Below, in pieces: positions 1 through 11,405 of a stretch of DNA of 64,000 bases (its first letter is position 1; every line of letters starts with the position of its first letter). The translations under genes and the position numbers were made by a program. The stretch covers positions 14,820,001 to 14,884,000 of the forward strand of contig CM119371.1 in the NCBI GenBank assembly GCA_051294905.1, written 5' to 3'. The notes under the pieces are model-generated. The model saw only the letters and a program-made list of their open reading frames with translations, was not told where the DNA came from and ran no database searches. Source of the stretch: Botryllus schlosseri. Lineage: Eukaryota.

Positions 1-668
1 CTCGAGTCTGGTCAACCCTGCCATATGTGAAAGTACCAATATTATTGGACAAATGCATACGCAAGCTTGAGAAAAAAATCGCGAGACCAGTAAACTTATG
101 CATACTGATTTTTCACAGCAGTTGTTTTAGCGATTGGTGCATATAGTAAGCCTAAAACAAAAATGGAAGTGTGGGAGTCTGTCGAGTCAAGCCTTCCAGA
201 ATTTGTTTGATTGAGACCAAGACCAGTGTTTTTGGAGGTCTGCAAAGTGTTATTACAGCACTGCTAGAAACAAACACTCGGTACAGCCCGTCTTATTCTC
301 TCGGTCAACAGGTGTTTGCGCGGTAAAAATGATCTTTTTTAATCATCGGGCAGATTTATCCTAAGGGGGGAATTTTGGCTTAAATTCCGGCCAAGGAAGG
401 CACGAGATGAAAAAGGTTGGGAACCACTGCACTAGCTGATCTGACATTAAGTCAGGTAAAAACTCTGGAATTAGCCGAATATATTGGCTAGGACTTTTAG
501 ATTCCCAGCAAACACTCGATGTCCAGTTGACTTCCGGTGGAATAGCTGGCAGGACATCCGGTTACTTCCGGCCGTTACCTCCCTGGAGTGAGTTTGTCGA
601 CAACTAGAGACGTCCTGTCCACTCGCTGAGTACGTCCGCAATGACGTGCTGTGGACATGGAGAGACTC

Positions 669-800
669 GTCATGGACGCGTCTGACCTAGCCTGGACGTC
701 ACGTGGTTACCTATGGACGCGCCTGACGTACTGTGGACATGACGTCACTCCCTATGGACACGCCTGACGTACTGTGGACATGACGCCACTCCCTATGGAA
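669..800. repeat. 41-bp tandem repeat (~3 copies), subterminal repeat of the CACTA-like element
   Basis: CCTATGGAC(G/A)CGCCTGACGTACTGTGGACATGACG(T/C)CACTC starts at 710 and 751, with a partial copy at 792 and a degenerate copy at ~669. Confidence 0.85.
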
Positions 801-2438
801 CTGTCATTCGCCCCCTTTATCATCTACACTCCATACCTGGTTCAACGCCTCACGACTAACAACATGGGATACAACATCATATCAGCTCACACACAGCGTA
901 TATTGGGCGAGTGGGGAATGAAACTGGCAAAATACAAATACGATATTGGTTATTATCAACGAAACTACAACTATCTAATTTACGAAACACAAAATGTGAA
1001 ATAAGGCGAGAACTACTACCACTCAACACAGTCAAGGCTGAAGTAAAAAATCATATTGCGACAAGCAATCACAGAAAATGTGTTTTAGCAAACAGCAACT
1101 GCTAATACCACTCAAACTAATGACAAATAGTCAAAGTAAAAAAGCATTAATTACATAAAAAAAGGTGTCACAGGAATATAAGACACTGCAACTGTTGGGA
1201 CAACTTGAAGCTAATGGAACAGTCCATGTGCAAAAGATTGATGAAATGAAAGAATGGTATCGCAGGAATAAAGTAACCGCAACAATTTAAAACGAGCATT
1301 ACAAAAAGCGTTCAGTAAAAATTCACTCTGCAAGAATTAAATCAATGCACCGTTTGCAGATGTCGAGTGCCTATTCTTTTTCTTCGTCAATCACAAGTGG
1401 CTGCACCAAAACGTTTTTTCTCGGCGCTTGTGGCTGAAATATATACAGCAATGTCAGTGAATTCCGCATGTTGCCTATTTCTGCTCGAAGTAGTTATACA
1501 ACGCCTTGGAAAGTGCTACATATGCTTCACTACAGATTTACGTTACTTACCGGTACATGTCTGCTTGAGAACTAACTCCTGTTCGACGGAGACCACTTCT
1601 CGAGTACTTATCAACTTATATTTCTACTTCCACTTGAAATAATCTTGACATACCTTGAAAATTGCTACATCTACTTCAGTTGAAATTTATGATGTTACTT
1701 CTACTTCATCAGCTTAAGTACCAAAAACGACTACTTTTACTTCGGCTACCCATGTTCGGACCATTACATGGTAAAAGAATGAAACATTACAACCCAATCT
1801 ACCATTTCCAAACAACTCGAGTACCTTTCAACTTCAATTTCAACTTGGAGTAGTTTTAACATACTTCGTAAATCATTACATACTCCAGTATAAATTCCTG
1901 TTACTTCTACTTCCACTAGAGTCCCAACGTTGAATACTTTAATTTGTTAAATGCCACTTACGGTTATATGCAAAAATCAAGCGACACCTCGACCAAATTT
2001 ACGACATCACACTAACGGCTTCCTTGAGGTAGGTTTAACATGTCTTGTAAACCACTACATATACTTCACTATAAATTATGTATTACTTGAGCAGTACTGC
2101 CTACTTTTACTTCGACTACCCATGTTGGCAAGAAGCCAAATTCCATTACATCAGGGCTGTCAAACATACAGACCGCCCAGCAATTCTGCATAGATTGAAC
2201 AATGCTTGTTTGATGCAATGCAACGTTTAAAATTTCCGTAAGAAATACTTCCATTAAATAATCCCTCAACACTGCAAATATCGATTGCGGAAAAAATGCA
2301 TATTGTGTTCCGAGTTCTATGAAAAAATTACCAAAAACTGAAGCACAAACGCCAAAACGGAACTGATACATGCAAGTTACATGGTGAAGACAATAGTTTC
2401 ACAAAAATATAATTACAATATCTGTTGTCGCAGTAGTG

Positions 2439-3144
2439 CAGGGCTGGCCAACCTTTTCAGCCAAAGGGCCACATTCGAACGCCGAAATATTGCGCGGGCT
2501 ACTAGCCGCGCCAAGCGCGAAAAGTTTTCGAAGTTCATAGCTCAATAATATTGTCACTTGACTATATTGCGGGCCTGCAGTATATCGCTGGGCTCAGTTT
2601 GCCAGGACTGGACTAATCAGCGCCGGGACATATCAATTTCGAAAGCTTCGACCAACATGCATCAATCATTTTGTGCCTAGGTTTCATAGTCGACGGTCTT
2701 TCTGCGAGCGCAAACGCTAGGTCGCATATGTTGAACGACACTTTGTCTCGTAATCGAGAATATAGTTAGACTCAATCTGATACATTAGGCGTTCATTCAT
2801 TTTCAAAAAGGGGTAACAATATTAAAAGCAAGAAATCGAATGACTACATGTTGCGCGAAGCGTGTAGAAAATATTTACTTTTCATAAATTTTTCGCAAAT
2901 TCTTCTGCTTTGTAGTGTACGAAGATCTACCAAAGTGTGACTGGCTCCTGGAAATGCCAATGCGTCGTAACTGATATTTTAGTCATCAGATCTCAAGTGT
3001 TGCGGCGAGACTAATCAAATATTTGGTTGGCCTTGCAAGTTCACAATCTGTGCAATTCATTTTTTTTTATAACATTACCAAGTTCGGAAATTACCTCGCG
3101 GGCCACTCAAAACCTTCTCGCGGGCCACGGGTTGGCCGGCCCTG
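2439..3144. mobile_element. hAT-type MITE, family A (~700 bp)
   Basis: TIRs CAGGGCTGGCCAACC ... GGTTGGCCGGCCCTG; 8-bp TSD CAGTAGTG/CACTAGTG (7/8). Internal sequence is homologous to copies at ~3440-4067, 31855-32556 and 58373-59234. Confidence 0.85.
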
Positions 3145-3439
3145 CACTAGTGCATCACAAAAGACTCAAATGATCCCTGGCCTTGAGGGAAACCTGAATC
3201 ACTATTTAAGACGATGAAGAAAATTTCAACGTCCGCGTTTACAGTAACATACTTTGTCTACCTCAACGCATACCCAGGTTTGCCGCAGTGTTCGAGTAAA
3301 TTATAGGTAGCATAGAAAAATACCGACTTACATCATTGTTTTATTGATTTTAACTGTATTTTTCCGCCAAATCACCATATTATTGACAATTCCATTGTTT
3401 GCGAATATAGGTGCAGCTAGAATAGAACCTATATGATCC

Positions 3440-4067
3440 GAAATCGCGAAATTTTTTCAAAGTTAATGAATGAATTATGGCAATAATAATGTTGCATATA
3501 TTGTGGGTCACCTCTGTATATCGCTGGGCTCAATTGACCAGATCTGTGTACCGCAGGGCTTAATTGACCAAGACACGAATAATCGAAGATTTCAGTGAAC
3601 ATGTGTCTATCATTTTGCGCAAAGGTTTCATCAACGACTATTTTTCAGCGAGTGCAGGCGCGAAGTCGCATGTGGGACAACAAGTTCTTACATAATTGCA
3701 AATATAGTTGAGCTCAATTCCGTAGATTGGGCGCATATTTAATTTTCATGAGAGGGAAACAATACTATAAAAGCTAGAAATCGAGTGACAATAAATCGCG
3801 CGAAGAGCTAAGAAAAATATCAAGTCAAATAAATCTGCAACAAAATATTCTACTTTATGTTCATATACGAAAATGTGGATGGCCCCTGGCTACGCCAATG
3901 CGTCGGAACTGATATTTTCGTCATCAACATCTCAAAGTTTGCGGTCAGGACAATCAAATTTTCGTTGGTCTTGCAAGCTCACAATAAATTACCTGCCTAA
4001 TTTATTTCGATAATTAACTCGCGGGCCACTGAAAACCTTCTCGCAAGCCACGGGTTGGCTACTCCTG
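3440..4067. mobile_element. Left-truncated second copy of hAT MITE family A
   Basis: Colinear similarity to ~2520-3144; ends GGTTGGCTACTCCTG. Left boundary is approximate. Confidence 0.7.
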
Positions 4068-6996
4068 ACCGAGATCAAATCTACTCTATGAAACTAATTA
4101 CAAGATTTCTTTCTAACTCAATTTTCTGCTTGTACTGGAAGCAGCTTTTACATGCCTTATAGATCTCTACATACACTCGATTAGAAATTTGATGCTTCGC
4201 TTGGGTTCCAATGCTGATCATCTTCAACATTAAGATACGCGCTAGTCAACATGGATATACGTTGACTGCCTATATTCAGAAATAGTCACGATTTCGTGGC
4301 AAGATGATGGTAAGACCTTGACCAAATTTACTTCTCAAAATTTCTTGAAGACTTATCAACGCAATTTTTTATCTCCGCTTGTAGTTTCAACAGAAATTTA
4401 GGATATTACTTTCACCTTGACTATACCTATATTTGGAAATGGCCACTTACGATTACACTCTAAAGAATTCCACAATTCAGGCTAATCCACTTCTTGATGC
4501 TCGTGCAATTTTCTTAATTTTCTATTTCCACTTGAGCAATCGCTCACTACTGCTACTTGAACTTGAGCAGAAATATATGATATGATGCTACGACTGATTG
4601 AGTACCAACACTAAATTTTTTAACCACCTTCGGTTTTTGCAAATTGTATCGAAGCTATTTATTTTACCATCGTTTGCTTTCCAACTTTCTTGCCTGGGCC
4701 TGGCGCCACACTTCGCATTGTTGATGAATGGATTTCGCATCCGGTGCCTGAGAATAGATTCTGATTTTGAACATTGATTTTCGCATATGATAGGTAGGCC
4801 TACCATTCAACTTACAGAAAATGATATTATACAGGCACCACTTGTTCCGTGCTCTTTTTTTTGTCAAGTTGAAGCCCATGATGTATTGAAGTACTTCATT
4901 ATGTTAACGGTACACTACACACTTTATAATGCATTCTTCGTGCAGTCTGCTTGACGTGGTCATCACCAACGGCGGACATTGCTGATATCTAGGTAAAAAA
5001 TCAGAATGGTTGTATTCAAGTCATCTGACAGTACGCGAAACAAAAACAAACCGATGCGGGTGCAAGCATGCTGCCTATAGTACATTTACACACTAATCAG
5101 TTATCAGGTTACTGTTGGCGAGAATATTGGCTACTGTGAATCACCCAGAATATGATTACGTCATCAATGGTAATTCGATAATTCATTTTGATAGCCGAGA
5201 TTCGCTGGGCGATAAGGCCAAACCGCGGCTCTGAGTTGAGGGTTTGATTGCGGCACATGCATTTCCTCAACTTGAAGAGGGAGTCAACATAATCTTAAAT
5301 AATGCCTTCTATCACGTTTAGACAATATGCTTGTATATTAACATCAGTTGTCACGCGAGCATTTATATCTGATAACGCCGAATAATGAATTATGCTGACG
5401 TCACAAAGCGATATCATAGTCCAGATGCAGAATAAGGCGCTTGCGCTTTACAATGAACGCAAGCAACCGTGGCATTTGCGCAACAGCGAATATACGGTGT
5501 AACTTTAGTCCGGTGTATACCAGGTCTATTTCAGCACATATTGTCGTTCAAAAGTAATTCAGTATCGAATCAGAGCGAAAAATATTTCCGCCACGCGAAT
5601 TAAATTTTTCAATCACGCGAGAAATGTGTCTGTCACGCACAACATGTTGTCGAAAACAACCACCGATTCCAGTCTGGGGTGCGGCTATATATACAGGGTG
5701 AATTTGGCCACGGCAAGAGCGTATCATGTACTACAAAGGGGCATAGTCATTAACAATTAACTACATAATAATCAATCATGGTATCCTATCAAAGTATAAC
5801 TTGCACTTGTTCATAATCAATTACTCATATAGGTTGTATATGGGGCATACTTTTCAGCAAATGTACTCATTTTATCAGGTTTTTGAAGGAAAAGTCAGCA
5901 GAATACTTTCAGCAAGAGTTGTTAATTGGGAATAATCCACAATGGCGGCAATCAGTCTCAGGCGCAACCAAACTAGTACAATCCATATAGAGTTAGCCAG
6001 TGATCAAGCAATATATAAATGCCTTATTACATGAATTACTATGGTATGACCGCGCAAATACATGATATATTTTTATCACTATCTTGAGGAACATTCAGTC
6101 TACCAACCAGCAAAACATTGCTATTGGAATGAATCAGCAAATAGGTGTTTATGGCGTTTCAATCATACTGCAGCGTGTTCACACTTCACAGTGTGGCGTA
6201 TCTGCATTCCAAGAAATAACGAGGCGTAACAAACAATGAGTGTTCTACCATATATCGATATTGAACACAAACTATCAACGAAAAAGGAGAAGCTAAATTA
6301 CGCTCACAAGAAGTGTATACGGTGGTTAAGTCTATTTACGCATCATTCTATATCATTCTATATATTAGAACTCTTACCATTTCAAACTGTTTCACTGTTG
6401 GAGCGGTTCGGGTAGAGTTTCTGAATCAACAACACTAACAACAGACAGCAAGTCTTCAGCTTTCGCTTCGTACAGCTTCTCAATCTAATCAATGACTAAT
6501 GACTGTTTTGTCTGCGTCCATTATCTCTAAGAAACTCGTCGCATCAGTCACACAGACATCAACTCAGATTCAAATGCCAGAAGCACGCGCCGTCGCGCTG
6601 CACTGAGCAGGTATCACGTGACGGAGAAGGAAGAAGGCTGTCTGGGCCGCCATTGTTGAGATACCAGACTTGACGTGTCGTGTGCTACGAATGGTCAATT
6701 GGTCATGGCGTATCATGCTTACTGAATCACGTTGTGATGCCGCCACATGCATCACAATTTCACCTTGATGCTCACATTTGTTCTTGTATTTCACCATATT
6801 GGGATAGTATACATATTCAGAACACGTATTTCGCCATGATGTGCACTGTGCAGTTGTGCAGGTGCACGCCTGGGTCCTGCTATATGCCTCTTTAGGCCTA
6901 TAGTTCAGCTTATTAACAATTTCATTAAATCAATACAAAGCAGGATTGCGATAAATTAAAAACAAACAGTACACCAATAAATGGCTATATAGCCTA

Positions 6997-7283
6997 TGTA
7001 ACAGTTACTTTAGACGATTGGAGTCGATTGTAGACTGCTACATTAATGTAAGCCTGCTCAGCGGTCTTGATGCTAACACGTCTCTTGGCATCTTTATATC
7101 AGTCATTAAACGGTTTATGATATTTATTGGAAACGGTTAACAATAATTTAACTCGCTCTAAACGAAAAGAATATAAACAAATTAAAAGACAATCCTTCGG
7201 GAACCACACATTTCCTGGGCCCGACACCGAAAACATGTGCGGGGAAAACCCCAGCACGTGACTGCAGTTATTCACCCGTTACA
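6997..7283 (-). repeat. 3' LTR of the BEL/Pao element
   Basis: Direct repeat of 9713-9999; TG...CA termini; AATAAA on the minus strand (TTTATT near 7124). Confidence 0.95.
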
Positions 7284-7294
7284 TTCTCCCCCTC
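7284..7294 (-). other. Polypurine tract (PPT)
   Basis: + strand TTCTCCCCCTC reads GAGGGGGAGAA on the minus strand and abuts the 3' LTR. Confidence 0.85.
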
Positions 7295-7349
7295 AGATGT
7301 GCATATCGCAGAACATCGGGTCTAAACAATAGTATGGGTGAATACAATT

Positions 7350-7745
7350 TCAAACACTTGACTTTTGTACTAAACAAAACTTGGCAATGGGACGGCTCAA
7401 TAGTGCATGAGAAGTCCTTCCAGTTCTTTGCCATCTGCACATATCCTTGCAGGAACAAGGTTCAGATATACGCCACGGGAACGATTTCGTTTCTCATTAA
7501 TATTTGTACTTGCAATCTTGGCATTTGAAACTGGATTTGTTTCCTCCCTTTTTCTCTCAGTTTTGTTCTTCTGATTGATGTAGATGCAGAAGGGTATGAT
7601 GTCTTTTACCACAATCGGCTTCTTCACACCTAGATTGACTTTTACATACTTTTGCAATATGTCCTCGTATTAAACAATTACAGCATAACCCTGCGTTCTT
7701 CACAATCGCAACACGTTCTGCAGTCGGTTTGTCAATATCTTGCAT
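7350..7745 (-). pseudogene. Frameshifted BEL Gag zinc knuckles, protease-proximal segment and extreme Pol C-terminus (internal deletion junction ~7418)
   Basis: 7557-7745 encodes LCCNCLIRGHIAKVCKSQSRCEEADCGKRHHTLLH (BEL knuckles 2-3). The 7397-7657 frame encodes GVYLNLVPARICADGKELE (segment just before the protease active site). 7350-7418 encodes RTSHALLSRPIAKFCLVQKSSV*, matching the BEL Pol terminal RPIxKLC motif (DUF5641-like). Confidence 0.8.
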
Positions 7746-9673
7746 CTAGCTATTATATGATCACCTGAGCATGATGGACATGTACTGTAGTTTCTTGTTC
7801 TTTGCACATTCTTATAAGTAGAGGTTTCTTGTTCTTTGTCGGTAATGACCGCATGGGTAGCATGTGAGTATACTTTCTTGTGGATATGTTGTTTACCCGT
7901 GTCATCATTCTTTTGAGATTGCATTGCCTGATGCATTGACGAATTGGCAATCTTGGCTATTTTTGTCACAAATCTTAGCAAATCAATAAATGTAACATCT
8001 TTCTGATTAGCTTCACATTCAGCTGCCACATCTTCCCAATTGCTGTGATATTTTGTTGGCAGTCGACATGATAACTTCACAATATTATCAAAGGTATTCA
8101 AATCTTGAACCCGATTCAAGTGTAGTGAAACGAGATAACACTCTTTCATCTTGTTCGCAAGGTCATTTAATGCACCAGCATCATCATATTTAATAGGAGG
8201 TGCTCTGATTAATTCATCAAGAAATTCTCGTGAAATAACAATCGGGTTACCATATTGTTCGTCCAAAATTTCCATCGCTTTAGCGTAGCCTTCAGTTGGT
8301 GGGTACATGGAACAATGCTGAATCAATTCTTTTGGTTTTCCGTCACAGTATTGTTGCAACAACGCTAGACGTTTTCCATTGTCAAATGTCTTCTCTACAA
8401 CATTTACTTGAAATGACTCTCTGAACTGCGCATATTGGGTGATGGAACCACTGAATTTCATAATTTCAATTTTTGGAACATTCATAGCAGAGGCTATTGC
8501 ATTTGCCAAGTCAGTAGCAAAACTTGTATTATTTACTGACATTGAAACTTGTGGTTGTACTGCAGGTGCAGATAGTACAGGGATATCGTATTCTTTCGAG
8601 GCACATGCTTTGGACAGTGAACTGTTCATGATATAACTTCCAACTTCATGGTCCTCCTTTTGAGGAATTAAGCTCATAGGATCGATTGGTGGAACGTCAT
8701 TACTCATTGGAATGAAGGAATGTTTGATGTTACCTTCAGCTGTACTCATGGATTTCGCAGTGGTATTCATCGGCTTCGGCACTCCCTCAGTTTCTCTACT
8801 AATATATTCTTCATCAGCGTTTTCCCATATCTCTGCCTGCAAACATGCTGCTTCATATTTGTGCTGTAATTCCACAGCCCTTTGTTCGGCTTCTAATTCT
8901 CTTTGCTTAGTTTCTAATTCTCTTCGCCTGGTTTCTAGTTCAACCTTTTTTCGTAATTGGGATAATTCCAATTTTGCAAGTTCTCTCAAGGCAATAGCTT
9001 CTATCCTTCTTGTTGCAGTAGATGAATAACATAGTGATGAAAGACTAGATCCGTGTGATCTGTCTGATCTTTTGATATTAGTTGATCTCTTACACCATTC
9101 CTGAACGTCATCCTTCATATCTTCATACATCCAATCATTGATATGTAATTTGGCTTCTTGAAATGCCTTGACTTCATTTTCATACTCAAGTTTGATCTTC
9201 ACTGTCTGATCTCCATCTTCATGGAGAAGACTGACACAAATGTTCTTTGTACATGAATACTCATCAAAGACTTTGTCAATTAATCTTGATTTCGATATCA
9301 CCAAGCTTCTATTTTCTTTGTTAAGCATGAGATTCTCCACTTCTAAATATAGCTGTTGTAGGTTCTTGACCATCATTTGCAGCTTCATGATATTTGCATT
9401 GACATCTTGAGTCATCATGGGTTCTTGTTGCAAATTCATTGCACTTGTATTGGCAGGATGTGCCATCATGGGTTCTTTTTGCAAATTCATTGCACTTGTA
9501 TTGGCAGCATGTGCCATCATGGTTTCTTGTTGCAAATTCATTGCACTTGTATTGGCAGCATATGCCATCATGGGTTCTGGTTGCAAATTCATTGCACTTG
9601 CATTGACATCATGTGCCATCATGGGTTGTTGTTGCAAATTCATTGCACTTATATTGGCAGCATGTGTCATCAT
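7700..9673 (-). CDS. gag: BEL/Pao Gag-like protein (DUF1759-type capsid region), 657 aa, ends after the first Zn knuckle
   Basis: Coiled-coil region, then PKIEIMKFSGSITQYAQFRESF...KRLALLQQYCDGKPKELIQHC...GYAKAMEILDEQYGNP, then CPSCSGDHIIARC; lies between paired LTRs. Confidence 0.9.
   Translation of the reverse strand: MMTHAANISAMNLQQQPMMAHDVNASAMNLQPEPMMAYAANTSAMNLQQETMMAHAANTSAMNLQKEPMMAHPANTSAMNLQQEPMMTQDVNANIMKLQMMVKNLQQLYLEVENLMLNKENRSLVISKSRLIDKVFDEYSCTKNICVSLLHEDGDQTVKIKLEYENEVKAFQEAKLHINDWMYEDMKDDVQEWCKRSTNIKRSDRSHGSSLSSLCYSSTATRRIEAIALRELAKLELSQLRKKVELETRRRELETKQRELEAEQRAVELQHKYEAACLQAEIWENADEEYISRETEGVPKPMNTTAKSMSTAEGNIKHSFIPMSNDVPPIDPMSLIPQKEDHEVGSYIMNSSLSKACASKEYDIPVLSAPAVQPQVSMSVNNTSFATDLANAIASAMNVPKIEIMKFSGSITQYAQFRESFQVNVVEKTFDNGKRLALLQQYCDGKPKELIQHCSMYPPTEGYAKAMEILDEQYGNPIVISREFLDELIRAPPIKYDDAGALNDLANKMKECYLVSLHLNRVQDLNTFDNIVKLSCRLPTKYHSNWEDVAAECEANQKDVTFIDLLRFVTKIAKIANSSMHQAMQSQKNDDTGKQHIHKKVYSHATHAVITDKEQETSTYKNVQRTRNYSTCPSCSGDHIIARCKILTNRLQNVLRL
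9375..9673 (-). repeat. 51-bp coding minisatellite (5 full + 1 partial copies; 17-aa unit MMAHAANTSAMNLQQEP)
   Basis: Directly visible at the Gag N-terminus; DNA unit contains TGCAAATTCATTGCACTTGTATTGGCAG. Confidence 0.95.
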
Positions 9674-9712
9674 GTATTCTTCTTGGTCGAAAGTTGTTAT
9701 TGTTAACTTTAA

Positions 9713-9999
9713 TGTAACAGTTACTTTAGACGATTGGAGTCGATTGTAGACTGCTACATTAATGTAAGCCTGCTCAGCGGTCTTGATGCTAACACGTCTC
9801 TTGGCATCTTTATATCAGTCATTAAACGGTTTATGATATTTATTGGAAACGGTTAACAATAATTTAACTCGCTCTAAACGAAAAGAATATAAACAAATTA
9901 AAAGACAATCCTTCGGGAACCACACATTTCCTGGGCCCGACACCGAAAACATGTGCGGGGAAAACCCCAGCACGTGACTGCAGTTATTCACCCGTTACA
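9713..9999 (-). repeat. 5' LTR of the BEL/Pao element
   Basis: Direct repeat of 6997-7283, followed by TSD GCCTA. Confidence 0.95.
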
Positions 10000-10707
10000 G
10001 CCTATTTGTCTTACGATTTCGTCCGCGAGATGTGCATGTGCATCCCACGTGGGGATGAATAATGATAATATGCCATTTTGAACAGAGAGAGAGAGAGAGT
10101 CTTTATTTTGAACAAGCCAGCTGGACTCCATGAAAACGATATCCAAGTAGGGGCATCCTGATGAACTCCCATGTACGTGGCATCCAGGTGACTGACTACC
10201 ATGACATCCTCTGGAATATTCATTGGTGACGGGAATAGGAAGATTCTAAAAATTTCTTCCACTGGAAGTCACCTGGAGTTACATAACTGGACGTCCAATT
10301 TGTGACAAACTGAGCAAGTCCTCAGTAACTAACCTTGGGAGGTGGGACGAGTTGGAACAATTGTGGACATACCAGTAAATCCATGGGATATCGGGTGTTT
10401 GCTGGGTTTCCATATGGCTACCTGGTGAAGGAGTATCCATTTGCTTACACCAGGCGGCCTGAAGTTGGTGTTTGTTTCCAATCTGGACATTTTTATTAGT
10501 ACCCTGATGTCAATTTTGACTATTTTCTTGATCACACCTTCGTTATATGCTATGTGCAGCGGAATGCTGGTATATTCAGTCCATATTGATTTTGTCTATT
10601 CTAACTAGTTATATGTGATACCTGTGACTATTCATGTTTACTGTCAAAACAGATTACATCTGCTAGTTTCTTTTGTACAGCATATACTCAATCAGAGATT
10701 AGCGATC

Positions 10708-11405
10708 ATGGTGTGAATGGTATGTTGGATGCAAAAAAGCACGGAGTGAGTACCTGCATATGATAACGGAATTGTATCAAATGAAGCAAGATAATGATCA
10801 TTGTGATTTCATAATTCAAGTCGGCCATGATGTCTATCCTACCCATACAAATGTATTGTCGGCTGGTTGTCATCGGAGGAAGTCTTGACATAGCATCAAA
10901 CGGCGTGGAAAGATTTGACACCTCTGTAAATCAATGGATTCAACTGCAAAAGAGGCCTACAGCAATTTGTGATGCAAGCCTTGTATCACTAGATGATTCC
11001 ATTTATTGTATAGGAGGCTGGCGAGATGATGTCGAAGATTCTTCATTCTGCAGATTTACTCCATCCCCGTCACAGTGGGTTGACCTTGAACCAATGTGAT
11101 AGACTGTGTGTAACTGTGGTGTTGTTGCAATTGATCAAAAGATATTTGTGATCGGTGGGTCGAGTTACGATTATAGCATTGATTTCGTAAAATGTTACGT
11201 CACCTCGGCTCAATTGACTTCATTGCCATCTATGCGTTGTGGAAGTTGCAACGCAGCTTATCACATTGGCAACTGGATTTATATATTGGAAGATTGCAGC
11301 GAATCTGATTACATTGGGAAGTATGATTTGATAAACAGAAAATGTTATGGCGTGGATGGTGGTACAGATCAAAATTTCCGACTTCACGGATCTGCGATGG
11401 TGTAA
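10708..11405 (+). pseudogene. Kelch-like (BTB-kelch) pseudogene, internally deleted paralog of the 60794-62419 gene
   Basis: ~10760-10868 matches 60848-60947 (MKQDNDHCDFIIQVG...VLSAG) and is joined directly to sequence matching 61862 onward (VIGGS...VERFDTSVNQW...IYCIGG). TGA at 11097-11099 and further indels. The 3' flank (~11520-11605) matches ~62500-62590. Confidence 0.9.

Larger units (their letters stand above)
6997..9999 (-). mobile_element. BEL/Pao LTR retrotransposon, non-autonomous gag-only derivative (3003 bp)
   Basis: Two 287-bp LTRs (6997-7283, 9713-9999) with TGTAAC...GTTACA ends, identical by eye. 5-bp TSD GCCTA (6992-6996, 10000-10004). Polypurine tract next to the 3' LTR. BEL-type Gag with Cys/His knuckles. 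Confidence 0.95.
504..10406. mobile_element. Large non-autonomous CACTA/EnSpm (CMC)-type DNA transposon shell (~9.9 kb including nested insertions)
   Basis: Left end CCCAGCAAACACTCGATGTCC (504) and right end GGATATCGGGTGTTTGCTGGG (ending 10406) are 19/21 inverted matches. Both ends are flanked by TT (2-bp TSD). GGAC(G/A)T-rich subterminal repeats occur at ~550-800 and ~10140-10390. CCCAGCAAAC termini with 2-bp TSDs are typical of animal EnSpm/CMC elements. No recognisable transposase ORF. Confidence 0.7.

Noticed and set aside
774..1550. Possible EnSpm transposase or BEN-domain remnants in the CACTA interior (also 4588-4879)
   Set aside because: Only vague motif resemblance with many stops; not supportable without a homology search.
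1560..2160. Recurring TACTTCTACTTC/AGTAGAAGTA-rich tracts (also ~4500, 43900, 45100, 51250, 53400-53870) as a regulatory array
   Set aside because: They appear to be fragments of one old dispersed repeat family; ends and TSDs could not be defined.
9375..9673. Regularly spaced repeats as a CRISPR array (also 669-800 and 58085-58280)
   Set aside because: Head-to-tail tandem units with no unique spacers, no cas genes and a eukaryotic context.
9377..9749. Cys/His-rich repetitive ORFs on the + strand (9377-9706, 9417-9749) resembling metallothionein or membrane peptides
   Set aside because: They are antisense readings of the 51-bp Gag minisatellite.
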